Below are positions 39,561 through 55,175 of a stretch of DNA of 64,000 nucleotides, in pieces (the stretch's first letter is position 1; the number at the start of each line of letters is the position of its first letter). Position numbers and translations under genes: made by a program. Under the pieces are notes generated by a model. The model was not told the origin of the DNA and did not search any database. It was given only the letters and a program-made list of their open reading frames with translations. This DNA is from Octopus vulgaris (Eukaryota), in the NCBI GenBank assembly GCA_951406725.2, contig OX597814.1, positions 46,686,001 to 46,750,000 on the forward strand. Direction: 5' to 3'.

Positions 39561-39923
39561 ATGTATATGTACGTATATGTATGTATATGTACATATAGAT
39601 ATATATCTACATATATATGAATGTATATATGTGTATATGTATGTACATCTATATATGTATATGTATGTACATCTATATATGTATATGTATGTACATCTAT
39701 ATATGTATATGTATGTACATCTATATGTATATGTATGTACATCTATATGTATATGTATGTACATCTATATGTATGTACATCTATATGTATGTACATCTAT
39801 ATGTATATGTATGTATATATATATGCATATGTATATGTATATGTATATATATGTATATGTATGTATATATATATGCATATGTATATATGTATATGTATAT
39901 ATGTATATATATATGTATATGTA

Positions 39924-39986
<63 letters not shown>

Positions 39987-40117
39987 GTATGTATGTATGT
40001 ATATATATATGTATATGTATGTATGTATATGTATGTATATGTATATATGTATGTATGTATATGTATGTATTATATATATATGTATGTATATGTATGTATA
40101 TATATGTATGTATATGT

Positions 40118-40151
<34 letters not shown>

Positions 40152-40167
40152 ATGTATTATATATATG

Positions 40168-40212
<45 letters not shown>

Positions 40213-40921
40213 TATATATATATATATATATATGTATGTATATATATGTATATATGTATATGTATATATGTATATGTATATATGTATGTATATATGTATG
40301 TATATATATATATGTATATGTATGTATATGTATGTATATGTATGTATATATATGTATATGTATGTATATATATGTATATATATGTATATATATGTATATA
40401 TATGTATATATATATATATATATGTATATATATGTATATATATTATATATGTGTATATATATATATATTATATATATTGTATATATATATGTATATATAT
40501 GTATATATATATGTATATATATATGTATATATATATATGTATATATATGTATGTATACGTATGTATATATACGTATGTATATATACGTATGTGTATATGT
40601 ATGTATATACGTATGTGTATACGTATGTATATATGTATGTGTATATACGTATGTATATACGTGTGTATATACGTATGTATATGTACGTATGTGTATGTAC
40701 GTATGTGTATGTACGTATGTGTATGTACGTATGTGTATGTACGTATGTGTATGTACGTATGTGTATGTACGTATGTGTATGTACGTATGTGTATGTACGT
40801 GTGTGTATGTACGTATGTGTATGTACGTATGTGTATGTACGTATGTGTATGTACGTATGTGTATGTACGTATGTGTATGTACGTATGTATATGTATGTAT
40901 ATGTATGTATATGTATGTATG

Positions 40922-40954
<33 letters not shown>

Positions 40955-41083
40955 GTGTATATATATGTATGTATGTATATGTATGTATATATATGTATGT
41001 ATGTATATGTATGTATGTGTATGTATGTATGTATATATATGTATGTGTATGTATGTATGTGTATGTATGTATGTATATATATG

Positions 41084-41120
<37 letters not shown>

Positions 41121-41351
41121 GTATGTGTATATATATGTATGTGTATATATATGTATGTGTATATATATATATGTATGTGTATATATGTATGTGTATATAT
41201 ATATATGTATGTATATATGTATGTATATATGTATGTATATATATATGTATGTATATATATTTATATATATATGTATACATATATGTGTATATATATATGT
41301 ATGTATATATATATGTATGTATATATATATGTATGTATATATATATGTATG

Positions 41352-41391
<40 letters not shown>

Positions 41392-41411
41392 TGTATATAT
41401 GTATGTATATA

Positions 41412-41454
<43 letters not shown>

Positions 41455-41733
41455 GTATATATATATGTATGTATATATATATGTATGTATATATATATAT
41501 GTATGTGTATGTATGTATATGTATGTATGTGTGTGTATGTATGTATGTATGTGTATGTATGTATGTATGTATGTATGTATATGTATGTATGTGTGTGTAT
41601 GTATGTATGTATGTGTATGTATGTATGTATGTGTATGTATATGTATGTATATGTATGTATGTATATATATGTATGTATGTATATGTATGTATGTATGTAT
41701 GTATGTGTATGTATGTATATATATGTATGTATG

Positions 41734-41765
<32 letters not shown>

Positions 41766-41767
41766 TG

Positions 41768-41824
<57 letters not shown>

Positions 41825-41825
41825 G

Positions 41826-41882
<57 letters not shown>

Positions 41883-41896
41883 GTATATATGTATGT

Positions 41897-41930
<34 letters not shown>

Positions 41931-41931
41931 G

Positions 41932-41965
<34 letters not shown>

Positions 41966-42025
41966 TATATGTATGTATATGTATGTATATATGTATGTAT
42001 GTATATATGTATGTATATATGTATG

Positions 42026-42059
<34 letters not shown>

Positions 42060-42061
42060 TG

Positions 42062-42096
<35 letters not shown>

Positions 42097-42209
42097 GTAT
42101 GTGTATATATATGTATGTATATATATATATGTATGTATGTATATGTATGTATGTGTATGTATGTGTATGTATGTATGTATGTATATATATGTATGTATGT
42201 ATATGTATG

Positions 42210-42269
<60 letters not shown>

Positions 42270-42355
42270 TATGTATGTATGTATATGTATGTATGTATAT
42301 GTATGTATGTATGTATATGTATGTATGTATGTATGTATATATATGTATGTATATG

Positions 42356-42506
<151 letters not shown>

Positions 42507-42621
42507 GTATGTATATGTATGTATGTATATATATGTATGTATGTATGTATATATATATATATGTATGTATATATATATATGTATGTATGTATATATATAT
42601 ATATGTATGTATGTATGTATA

Positions 42622-42657
<36 letters not shown>

Positions 42658-42849
42658 TGTATGTATGTATGTATGTATGTATATATATATGTATGTATGT
42701 ATGTATATATATATGTATGTATGTATATATATATGTATGTATGTATGTATATATATATGTATGTATGTATGTATATATGTATGTATGTATGTATATATAT
42801 ATGTATGTATGTATGTATGTATATATATATGTATGTATATATGTATGTA

Positions 42850-42885
<36 letters not shown>

Positions 42886-43257
42886 TGTATGTATGTATGT
42901 ATGTATGTATGTATGTATGTATGTATGTATGTATGTATGTATGTATGTATGTATGTATGTATGTATGTATGTATGTATGTATGTATGTATGTATGTATGT
43001 ATGTATGTATGTATGTATGTATGTATGTATGTATGTATGTATGTATGTATGTATGTATGTGTATATATGTATGTATGTGTATATATGTATGTATGTGTAT
43101 ATATGTATGTATGTGTATATGTATGTATGTGTATATATGTATGTATGTGTATATATGTATGTATGTGTATATATGTATGTATGTGTATATATGTATGTAT
43201 GTATACATATGTATGTATGTATGTATGTATGTATATATATATGTATGTATGTATATA

Positions 43258-44050
43258 CTTTGATAGGTTTTGGCCATTATTGGCCCAGGCCATGTCTAAC
43301 TTAATAGCACCACCTGGTGAAGTCTTTCAAGTCAGAATTTGGGCACTATGGCCCACTCAAGTAGAGAGTTATTGTTTACAGAGACATATCCGGGTGTAGG
43401 GGGTTTATCCGGGATTTCTTGAAGGAATCTGTCCAAAGACTTCTTGAACCCTATAGGGTCAGTTTCTTTTTTAATGTGTTTTGCTGTAATGTTAAAGAGA
43501 GCAGGGCCAATTGAGGTGAAATAATTGTGCCGTATTGTTGTTATGCGATGAGAGTGCGATTTTTGTTTTGGGCGGATGGCACGGGGCCCAAGCCTTGGAT
43601 GTACCTTAAAGGTGATGCCAACATCATTTGGGCAATGCTGATGGAATATTTTCCACATCATGCAGATGATGTAGCGCTCACGACGACGTTGGAGAGAATA
43701 GAGTTTTAGCTTTTCTAGTCGACCCCAATAGTCGAGGCCTGTCATGCCATCTATCTTTTTTGTGATTGCTCTTTGAGGTGCTTCAACTTTTATGATACCT
43801 TGTATTGTGTGGGGAGACCACAGTGGACAACAGTATTCAAGGTGGGGTCGAGCAAAAGTGGAGAAGAGAAGGATAATGGTGTGGATATCTCTCGACTGGA
43901 AAGTTCTGAGAATCCAGGAACACATTCTGCGGGCCATGTCAACTTTGGTGTTTATATGAGTGGCCCAGCTTATGTTGTTGTCCACAATTAATCCCAAGTC
44001 TCTGATGTTGTTGGACGCCGCGAGAGTTTCACCTGAAGGAGTTTCACCTA
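43258..44050 (-). mobile_element. 5'-truncated CR1/L2-group LINE, divergent subfamily, open RT C-terminus
   Basis: IRDLGLIVD...[13 protein letters not shown]...[11 protein letters not shown]...GPALFN...IPDKP. Stop at 43332, short 3' UTR. Confidence 0.92.
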
Positions 44051-44629
44051 TATACATATATATACATATATATATGTATGTATGTATATATATATATGTA
44101 TGTATGTATATATGTATGTATGTATATATATATGTATGTATATATATATATGTATGTATATATATATGTATGTATGTATGTATATATATATGTATGTATG
44201 TATATATGTATGTATGTATATATGTATGTATGTATGTATATATGTATGTATGTATGTATATATATGTATGTATGTATATATATATGTATGTATGTATATA
44301 TGTATGTATGTATGTATATATATATGTATGTATGTATATATATATGTATGTATGTATGTATATATGTATGTATGTATATATATATGTATGTATGTATATA
44401 TATATGTATGTATGTATATATATATGTATGTATGTATATATGTATGTATGTATGTATATATATATGTATGTATGTATATATATATGTATGTATGTATATA
44501 TATATGTATGTATATATATATGTATGTATGTATATATATATGTATGTATATATATATGTATGTATGTATGTATATATATATGTATGTATGTATATATATG
44601 TATGTATGTATATATATATGTATGTATGT

Positions 44630-44663
<34 letters not shown>

Positions 44664-45358
44664 GTATATATATGTATGTATGTATATATATATATATGTT
44701 TGTTTGTATATATATATGTATGTTTGTATATATATATGTATGTATGTATATATATATATATGTTTGTTTGTATATATATATGTATGTTTGTATATATATA
44801 TGTATGTTTGTATGTATATATATATATATATGTATGTATATATATATGTATGTATGTATATATATATATATGTATGTATGTATATATATGTATGTATGTA
44901 TATATATATATGTATATATATATGTATGTATGTATATATATATGTATGTATGTATATATATATGTATGTATGTATATATATATATGTATGTATGTGTATA
45001 TATATATATGTATGTATGTGTATATATATGTATGTATGTATATATATATATGTATGTATGTATATATATATATGTATGTATGTGTATATATATATGTATG
45101 TATGTGTATATATATATGTATGTATGTGTATATATATATGTATGTATGTGTATATATATATGTATGTGTTATATATATATGTATGTATGTATATATATAT
45201 ATGTATGTATGTATATATATATATGTATGTATGTATATATATATGTATGTATGTATATATATATGTATGTATGTATATATGTATATGTATGTATATATAT
45301 ATATGTATATATTATGTATGTATATATATATATATGTATGTATATATATATATGTATG

Positions 45359-45391
<33 letters not shown>

Positions 45392-45693
45392 GTATATATA
45401 TATGTATGTATATATATATGTATGTATATATATATATGTATGTATATATATATATATGTATGTATATATATATATGTATGTATGTATATATATATATGTA
45501 TGTATATATATATATGTATGTATATATATATATATATGTATGTATATATATATGTATGTATATATATATATGTATGTATGTATATATATGTATGTATGTA
45601 TGTATATATATATGTATGTATATATATATGTATGTATATATATATATGTATGTATGTATATATATGTATGTATGTATATATATGTATGTATGT

Positions 45694-45752
<59 letters not shown>

Positions 45753-45908
45753 TATGTATGTATGTATATATATGTATGTATGTATATATATATGTATGTA
45801 TGTATATATATATATGTATGTATATATATATATGTATGTATATATATATGTATGTATGTATATATATATGTATATATGTATATATATATATATGTATATA
45901 TATGTATG

Positions 45909-45948
<40 letters not shown>

Positions 45949-46121
45949 TATGTATGTATGTATATATATGTATGTATGTATATATATATGTATGTATATA
46001 TATATGTATGTATGTATATATATGTATGTATGTATATATATATATGTATGTATATATATATATGTATGTATATATATATGTATGTATATATATATATGTA
46101 TGTATATATATATATGTATGT

Positions 46122-46155
<34 letters not shown>

Positions 46156-46384
46156 GTATATATATGTATGTATGTATATATGTATGTATATATATGTATG
46201 TATGTATATATATATATGTATGTATATATGTTATGTATGTATGTATATATATATGTATGTATGTATATATATGTATGTATGTATATATATGTATGTATGT
46301 ATATATATGTATGTATGTATATATATATATGTATGTATATGTATGTATATGTATGTATGTATATATATGTATGTATATGTATGT

Positions 46385-46468
<84 letters not shown>

Positions 46469-46503
46469 GTATATATATATGTATGTATGTATATATATAT
46501 ATG

Positions 46504-46602
<99 letters not shown>

Positions 46603-46638
46603 GTATGTATATATATATGTATATATATATATATATAT

Positions 46639-46715
<77 letters not shown>

Positions 46716-46893
46716 GTATATATATATGTATGTATATATATATGTATGTATATATATATGTATGTATATATATATATGTATGTATATATATATATGTATG
46801 TATATATATATATATGTATGTATATATTATGTATATATATGTATGTATATATATGTATATGTATATATATATATGTATGTATATGTATGTATG

Positions 46894-46926
<33 letters not shown>

Positions 46927-47393
46927 GTATGTATATATATATGTATGTATGTATATATGTATGTATATTATGTATGTATATATATGTATGTATGTATGTA
47001 TATATATATGTATGTATATATATATGTATGTATGTATATATATATGTATGTATATATATATATATGTATGTATGTATGTATATATATATGTATGTATGTA
47101 TATATATATGTATGTATGTATATATATATATATGTATGTATGTATATATATATGTATGTATGTATATATATATGTATGTATGTATATATATATATGTATG
47201 TATATATATATATATATGTATGTATATATATATATATATATATGTATGTATATATATATGTATGTATGTATATATATATGTATGTATGTATGTATATATA
47301 TATGTATGTATGTATGTATATATATATGTATGTATGTATATATATATATGTATGTATATATATATATGTATGTATATATATATATATGTATGT

Positions 47394-47455
<62 letters not shown>

Positions 47456-47466
47456 ATATATATATG

Positions 47467-47513
<47 letters not shown>

Positions 47514-47644
47514 GTATGTATATATATATGTATGTATATATATATGTATGTATATATATATGTATGTATGTATATATATATGTATGTATATATATATGTA
47601 TGTATGTATGTATATATATATGTATGTATATATATATATGTATG

Positions 47645-47675
<31 letters not shown>

Positions 47676-47751
47676 GTATATATATAATATATATATATGT
47701 ATATATATATGTATGTATGTATATATATATATGTATATATATATATGTATG

Positions 47752-47806
<55 letters not shown>

Positions 47807-47877
47807 ATATATATATATGTATATATATATATGTATGTATATATATATATATGTATGTATATATATATGTATGTATG

Positions 47878-47910
<33 letters not shown>

Positions 47911-47947
47911 ATATATATGTATGTATGTATATATATATATATGTATG

Positions 47948-47978
<31 letters not shown>

Positions 47979-47987
47979 GTATGTATG

Positions 47988-48022
<35 letters not shown>

Positions 48023-48280
48023 GTATGTATATATATATGTATGTATGTATATATATGTATGATGTATGTATATATATATGTATGTATGTATATATATGTA
48101 TGTATGTATATATATATATGTATGTATGTATATATATATATGTATGTATATATATATATGTATGTATATATATATATGTATGTATATATATATATATATG
48201 TATGTATATATATGTATATATGTATATATATATGTATGTATATATATATATATATATGTATGTATATATATATATGTATG

Positions 48281-48311
<31 letters not shown>

Positions 48312-48316
48312 GTATG

Positions 48317-48349
<33 letters not shown>

Positions 48350-48580
48350 GTATGTATATATATATATGTATGTATATATATATATGTATGTATATATATA
48401 TATATGTATGTATATATATATATGTATGTATATATATATATGTATATGTATATATATGTGTATATATATGTATGTATGTATATATATATATATGTATGTA
48501 TATATATATATGTATGTATGTATATATATATGTATGTATGTATATATATATATATGTATGTATATATATATATATGTATG

Positions 48581-48625
<45 letters not shown>

Positions 48626-48713
48626 GTATATATATATATGTATGTATATATATATTATGTATGTATATATATGTATGTATGTATATATATATATGTATGT
48701 ATATATATATATG

Positions 48714-48766
<53 letters not shown>

Positions 48767-48849
48767 GTATATATATATATGTATGTATGTATATATATAT
48801 GTATGTATGTATATATATGTATGTATGTATATATATGTATGTATATATG

Positions 48850-48885
<36 letters not shown>

Positions 48886-48938
48886 ATGTATGTATATATA
48901 TATATGTATGTATATATATATGTATGTATATATATATG

Positions 48939-48974
<36 letters not shown>

Positions 48975-49274
48975 TGTATGTATATATATATGTATATATA
49001 TATATATGTATATATATATATGTATGTATATATATATGTATGTATGTATATATATGTATATGTATGTATATATATGTATGTATGTATATATATATGTATG
49101 TATGTATATATATGTATGTATGTATATATATATGTATATATATATGTATGTATATATATATATGTATGTATATATATATGTATGTATATATATATATGTA
49201 TATATATATATATGTATGTATGTATATATATATGTATGTATGTATATATATATGTATGTATATATATATATATG

Positions 49275-49305
<31 letters not shown>

Positions 49306-49840
49306 GTATATATATATATATGTATATATATGTATATGTATGTATATATATATGTATGTGTATGTATATATATATATGTATGTGTATATATATATATATA
49401 TGTATGTGTATGTATATATATATATATGTATGTGTATGTATATATATATATATGTATATGTATATATATATATATGTATGTGTATGTATATATATATGTA
49501 TGTGTATGTATATATATATATGTATGTGTATGTATATATATATATGTATGTGTATGTATATATATATATGTATGTGTATGTATATATATATATATGTATG
49601 TGTATGTATATATATATATATATATGTATGTGTATGTATATATATATATGTATGTGTATGTATATATATATATATGTATGTGTATGTATATATATATATG
49701 TATGTGTATGTATATATGTATATGTATGTATATGTATGTATATATATATATTGATTGATTGATTGATTGATTCTAGTTTCAGCCTATGAGCTGTGGCCAT
49801 GCTGGGGCACCGCCATTTGGTGTTGCTACTTGGTTTCACT

Positions 49841-52800
49841 TCATGGAGGCTTTCTAGCAACTGCTATTTGGTGCATGAGAGAGTTCGATGCAGCTGCCCT
49901 CATCTGCCCCTCCTGCCGTGAAGTTGGTTCATCTGGGACACCTGACAGGAAGAGATCCAGCTTCATTTTAAAGACATCTGTATCCACCCCATGCAGGTCT
50001 CTCAGGTTCTTCGGGAGGATATTGAAGAGCTGTGGGCCTCGGAAGCCCAGGCTATCACAGAATCTTGTCCTACATCTTGATGGCAGGTTTGGAGTCCTAG
50101 GCACCACGCAGTGGCGCCCAGTTCTGGCATTTGCGTAACTCTCGATGCCAAAGTTCAGGACACTTCCCTCCAGGATCTTCCAGATGTATATTATGGCATA
50201 TCTTTCCCGCCTACGCTCCAGGGAATATAATTTTAATCTCTTGAGTCTTTCCCAGTAGCTTACATTCTGCATAGAGGCTATCTTCTTTGTGTAGCTTCGT
50301 TGGATCGCCTCAAGTTCTGTGATCAACTTGACACTGGATGGTGACCATAGCTGAGAGCAATAGTCAAAGTGGCTTAGGACAAGTGTCTTCCAGAGGACCA
50401 TCATGGTTTCTTGTTCTCTTGTTCTAAAGGTTCTAAGAATCCATCCAGCCAGCCGTCTACATTTCATTGTCAGTTTAGCAACATGTACATGAAAGGTCGC
50501 GTCATCACTCATGTGAATACCCAGGTCACACACTGATTGTGCCTCTGGGATTGCAATCCCTCCGGGTCCAGTGTATTCATTGGGTATTGCATTCAGTTTT
50601 GCATGCTGATAGTATAAAGCTTGAAACTTTCCAGCATTGAACTGCATGCTATTCTTTTCAGCCCACTTGTATATTTCGTCCAGCTCACATTGCAGGTGTT
50701 TAGTGTCCTCAGGGTTCTGTATTGCCTGTGAAACTTTTGTATCATCTGCATAACTTGTGATCGTGGCTCTCTGCGTGGCTGAGGGCATGTCTGAGAGGGC
50801 CATTATGAACAGTAGTGGTCCCAGAACAGTGCCCTGTGGAACACCGCTCACTATTTGTGTGTTAATGGAGGTGGCCCCATTGGCTACTACCACCTGACTT
50901 CTATCCTTCAGAAAGTCATGAAGCCATTCTCCCAGTTTTCCAACTATGTTGAGATCACGCAGTTTGTGACATATCATTCCATGATCGACTTTATCAAAGG
51001 CCTTTGCAAAGTCGAGATATATCACTTCCACATTTGAGTGGTTGAGCAGCCGTTTCAGCACCCAGTCATAGTGTTGTAGGAGCTGAGTTAAACAGCTTCT
51101 CCCTGGTCGGAAACCATGTTGGGTGTCGGGCAGCAAGTCATTCTCTTCAAGGAAGGTGATCAGCTTCCTTCTGACTATTCGTTCCATGACCTTGCTGATG
51201 TGTGAGGTCAGAGAGATAGGTCTATAGTTCTTGGCTTCCGCTCTGCTACCTCCTTTATGAATGGGGCATATTTTACCTTCCTTCAGTTTTCCTGGAAGTT
51301 TGCCAGCTGCAAGGAAGCTCTGAAAGAGGAACTGCAGTGGTCTTGCTAGGACTCTCTTACATGCTTTTAGGAGGATTGCCGGGAATCCATCGGGGCCAGT
51401 AGCTGAGTCTGTTTTCATTTCATCTATAGCCTTGGTTACATCGTCTTCCTTTATATCGATGTAATCTATCGTCGCCGCCTCTGATTTTATATCTGCAGTG
51501 GTAAAAAAGTCAGTTGGATTGGTGATTTGGAGATGCCCAAGGGGTGGAGTGAAAACACTCTTGAATTGCTCATTCAGTATTTCACTTACCCTCATTGGTT
51601 TTCCTGTAAGTGTGCCATCCTTTTCGAGGAGTGGCCCTATTCTACAGTGCACTGTAGCTGTTTCTTTGGCATACCTGTAGAAAGCTCTGGGGTTAGATTT
51701 TATGTTTTCTATAGCCCAGGCTTCTTTGTCTGCTCTTTCTTTTTCATGGGAGAGTTGCAGACATTTTTCGATTTCCAACAGTTTTATTTTTAGGCGGGAC
51801 TTTTCACTGCTTTCAATCTGTTTGTTTAGGCGATTTGAAAATTTCGTACGCCGTCTCATTAAAATTTTCCTCTCTCTGGGGATTTTGTTCTTGTGTACAG
51901 TGGCCTTTCTCTCTGGGACACATTTGTAGCATATGGCTTGCATTACAGACATGAATTGTTGAAGTTTCACGTCGATGTCTGGCGAGGAGAGACATTTAGG
52001 CCAGTTTTGTTTGAGGATCTCTTTCTCAATTTGTTTCCAGTTTGCCTTATGGTAGTTCAAGCTGGAAAGATTTTGAGGGTTTCTTGTAGGCTGCATGTCC
52101 GTGCTCTCTTTTGGCCCGTACATGGTCAGCTCTATCATGTTGTGATCCGAGAGTAGTGTCGGTGTCACTTTCACATTATGGATGAGATCCATGTCATTTG
52201 TGAAGCAGAGATCCAGTGTGTTACCTGCCCTGGTTGGTTGGAGTATTACCTGCTCCATGTACAGGGTGTTGATGAGGTTCAGGAGGGACCTCGCCTGTCC
52301 TCGTTCACATCTTGTCATTCCTGGGAGAGAAAGGCCCTCGGGCCATCTGACATTGGGCAGATTGAAGTCTCCCATAAGAAGCACACCTATGTGTTGTTCT
52401 AATGTGGTTAGAATTTCTTCTATTTTTATAAGGCAGTCTTCAAACTTGCCCACATGGCTTGGGGCATCTGGAGGGCGATATGTAGCACACACAACTACAT
52501 CAAGTTGCCTAATATGTACAATTAGTGTGTCACACACCGAGTTTGAGTATGACAAGAGGACCTGGGGTGTGAGGTCCTCACGGATGTACATAGCAACACC
52601 TCCATGACTCCTTTCTTTCCTGTCGGTCCGTAGTACAGCATACTGTGGTATGTGTAACTCCGCATCTGCTATGTCCGGTTTCAGGTGCGTTTCTGTAAGT
52701 GCTATGCATAAGGCTTGATTGCATGCAACAAAGTCTCTCAGGAACGGGATCTTTGTCCTGTTACTGAGTGTTTGCAGTCCTCTGATGTTCAGTAGGAGTA

Positions 52801-53149
52801 TCGAGGTGAGGTGTACGTTGTTGCCGGCGGTGTCCATCCTGTGTCTGTTTGCTGTGGTGGTCTGGTATATAGTGGGTAGTCCCACCTGCGGGCTTGGGTT
52901 TGATGAAGCCAGGTCAGCTGCTGTACAATCTTTTGTGCCATGCACAAAAAGATTGTTGCTCAGCAGCTGCTCTTTCGACAACATCATGTTGGCTGTTTGT
53001 GGCGCGCACAACATCTGCGTACCTCCGCTTTGGGGCAGGTGGTGCGTGGTCCATCCCTTTTCTTTGTGTTGATGGTTTGTCCATCTGCCTCGTGTCTCTG
53101 TGGCAGGGTCCCCGATGTGCAAAGCGGCAGCCTGCACCTTCCTTTCCAT
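49841..53149 (-). CDS. LINE ORF2: AP endonuclease + reverse transcriptase, uninterrupted (likely start MDTAGNN at 52837)
   Basis: APE: LNIRGL, LTETHL, GDFN, TLDL, SDHN. RT: [39 protein letters not shown]. Confidence 0.95.
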   Translation of the reverse strand: MERKVQAAALHIGDPATETRGRWTNHQHKEKGWTTHHLPQSGGTQMLCAPQTANMMLSKEQLLSNNLFVHGTKDCTAADLASSNPSPQVGLPTIYQTTTANRHRMDTAGNNVHLTSILLLNIRGLQTLSNRTKIPFLRDFVACNQALCIALTETHLKPDIADAELHIPQYAVLRTDRKERSHGGVAMYIREDLTPQVLLSYSNSVCDTLIVHIRQLDVVVCATYRPPDAPSHVGKFEDCLIKIEEILTTLEQHIGVLLMGDFNLPNVRWPEGLSLPGMTRCERGQARSLLNLINTLYMEQVILQPTRAGNTLDLCFTNDMDLIHNVKVTPTLLSDHNMIELTMYGPKESTDMQPTRNPQNLSSLNYHKANWKQIEKEILKQNWPKCLSSPDIDVKLQQFMSVMQAICYKCVPERKATVHKNKIPRERKILMRRRTKFSNRLNKQIESSEKSRLKIKLLEIEKCLQLSHEKERADKEAWAIENIKSNPRAFYRYAKETATVHCRIGPLLEKDGTLTGKPMRVSEILNEQFKSVFTPPLGHLQITNPTDFFTTADIKSEAATIDYIDIKEDDVTKAIDEMKTDSATGPDGFPAILLKACKRVLARPLQFLFQSFLAAGKLPGKLKEGKICPIHKGGSRAEAKNYRPISLTSHISKVMERIVRRKLITFLEENDLLPDTQHGFRPGRSCLTQLLQHYDWVLKRLLNHSNVEVIYLDFAKAFDKVDHGMICHKLRDLNIVGKLGEWLHDFLKDRSQVVVANGATSINTQIVSGVPQGTVLGPLLFIMALSDMPSATQRATITSYADDTKVSQAIQNPEDTKHLQCELDEIYKWAEKNSMQFNAGKFQALYYQHAKLNAIPNEYTGPGGIAIPEAQSVCDLGIHMSDDATFHVHVAKLTMKCRRLAGWILRTFRTREQETMMVLWKTLVLSHFDYCSQLWSPSSVKLITELEAIQRSYTKKIASMQNVSYWERLKRLKLYSLERRRERYAIIYIWKILEGSVLNFGIESYANARTGRHCVVPRTPNLPSRCRTRFCDSLGFRGPQLFNILPKNLRDLHGVDTDVFKMKLDLFLSGVPDEPTSRQEGQMRAAASNSLMHQIAVARKPP

Positions 53150-53320
53150 GCCAGCAGGAACCTCTCAGGTAGAACATACACACCCGTGTGCGCTGTTTGG
53201 TTCCATCCTTTGCGGTTCCACTTCTATTCCTGGTTGTTTCACTCTTTGGTCCTGCTTGAGCTTTTTCTTTTCCTTTAGCTCTTCCAGTCCTTCTTTTAGT
53301 TCTTCTTCCTCCTCTACCTC
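52914..53320 (-). CDS. LINE ORF1 C-part in the -1 frame: CCCH zinc finger
   Basis: [22 protein letters not shown]. The frame is open from ~53320 to 52914 and overlaps both the Myb ORF and the ORF2 frame. Confidence 0.65.
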
Positions 53321-53695
53321 TTCACCGGGTTCTCCGTCTCCATGGCCCTTGCCGGTTGGAGAACTTGCACCTGGGTTCACTTCCCGGGCAGGTTTCTCAT
53401 TCAAAACCTCCTCCCGGGCGTCCACCAGGTGGGGGTGACTTCTTTCATCGTCTCCATTCTTGCCATCTTTGCCCCGCTCGTTCTCAAAGATGGCATCAAG
53501 TGCGCCAATGTGCGACCGTACAAGCGCATATGAGCGCACGAATTCCCGTCTCTTTCGCTCCATCTGAGCCGCTGTCCTCTTGTAGCCTCTGCTCTTCAGC
53601 GCAGCCGCAATCACCTCGCTAGCGCTATCTCCGCCGGCGCACTCCCATGCTTGTACGAATAAATCCAGCTCGTCAGGTCTCCATGCTCTGGACAT
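53165..53695 (-). CDS. LINE ORF1 N-part: Myb/SANT-like (trihelix) domain + acidic linker
   Basis: W..DE..LFVQAW...IAAALKSRGYKRTAAQMERK...FVRSY matches the trihelix pattern W...E...L...W...IA..L...GY.RT..QC..K...L...Y. Confidence 0.75.
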   Translation of the reverse strand: MSRAWRPDELDLFVQAWECAGGDSASEVIAAALKSRGYKRTAAQMERKRREFVRSYALVRSHIGALDAIFENERGKDGKNGDDERSHPHLVDAREEVLNEKPAREVNPGASSPTGKGHGDGEPGEEVEEEEELKEGLEELKEKKKLKQDQRVKQPGIEVEPQRMEPNSAHGCVCST

Positions 53696-53744
53696 GCTGG
53701 ATAATCCGTCTATCCGTTTATCTATCTAATTATGTTCGAGAGAA

Positions 53745-55175
53745 GACAGGAAGATATTAAGGCTAATTAGAAGATAGAGTACTTGAAAAAGAAATATTAA
53801 CAATATTAAAGTTTGTGTAAAAACGTTATTTGGGTAAAAACGTTATTTAATCTTAAGGCTAATTAGGGGATAGAGTATCTGAAAATGTATTAGCAATATT
53901 AATATTATATTAGAGTGTGGATAAAAACGTTGTTTAATCTTAAGGCTAATTAGGAGATAGAGTATCTGAAAATATATTAGCAATATTAATATTATATTAG
54001 AGTGTGGGTAAAAAAAAACGTTATTTAATCTTAAGGCTAATTTGGAGATAGAGTATCTGAAAATATATTAGCAATATTAATATTATATTAGAGTGTGGGT
54101 AATATTAAACGTTATTTAATTTAATCTTAAGGCTAATTAGAAGACAGAGTATCTGAAAAATTATATATACAATATTAAGCAATATTAACCGTTATTTAAT
54201 TTAATCTTAAGGCTAATTAGACGTTATTAATATTAAACGTTATTTAATTTAATCTTAAGGCTTAATTAGAAGATAGAGTATCTGAAGAATTATTAACAAT
54301 ATTAAAACAATATTAAACGTTATTTAATTTAATCTTAAGGCTAATTAACAATAATTATTAACAATATTAAACGTTATTTAATTTAATCCTAAGGCTAATT
54401 AACAATAATTATTAACAATATTAAACAATATTAAACGTTATTTAATTTAATCTTAAGGCTAATTAACAGTAATTATTAACAATATTAAACATTATTTAAT
54501 TTAATCCTAAGGCTAATTAACAATAATTATTAACAATATTAAACAATATTAAACGTTATTTAATTTAATCCTAAGGCTAATTAGACGTTATTAATATTAA
54601 ACGTTATTTAATTTAATCTTAAGGCTAATTAGAAGATAGAGTATCTGAAAAATTATTAACAATATTAAAACAATATTAAACGTTATTTAATTTAATCTTA
54701 AGGCTAATTAACAATAATTATTAACAATATTAAACAATATTAAACGTTATTTAATTTAATCCTAAGGCTAATTAACAATAATTATTAACAATATTAAACA
54801 ATATTAAACGTTATTTAATTTAATCTTAAGGCTAATTAACAATAATTATTAACAATATTAAAACAATATTAAACGTTATTTAATTTAATCCTAAGGCTAA
54901 TTAACAATAATTATTAACAATATTAAACAATATTAAACGTTATTTAATTTAATCTTAAGGCTAATTAACAATAATTATTAACAATATTAAAAAACAATAT
55001 TAAATGTTATTTAATTTAATCCTAAGGCTAATTAACAATAATTATTAACAATATTAAACAATATTAAACGTTATTTAATTTAATCCTAAGGCTAATTTGA
55101 CGGTATCAATATTAAACGTTATTTAATTTAATCTTAAGGCTAATTAGAAGATAGAGTATCTGGAAAATTATTATA
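53745..55175. repeat. Tandem ~55-80-bp AT-rich monomers forming the LINE 5' end
   Basis: Recurring aaacgttatttaatttaatc(t/c)taaggctaatta...; roughly 20 copies, with alternative gaagatagagtatctgaa and acaataattattaacaat modules. Confidence 0.9.

Noticed and set aside
53255-53280. Programmed -1 frameshift joining the Myb and CCCH frames
   Set aside because: No canonical X XXY YYZ heptamer. A single-base deletion or homopolymer sequencing error is simpler, pending other copies.
53745-55175. CRISPR-like appearance of regularly recurring repeats
   Set aside because: Intervening sequences are themselves repeated, there are no cas genes, and the context is eukaryotic.
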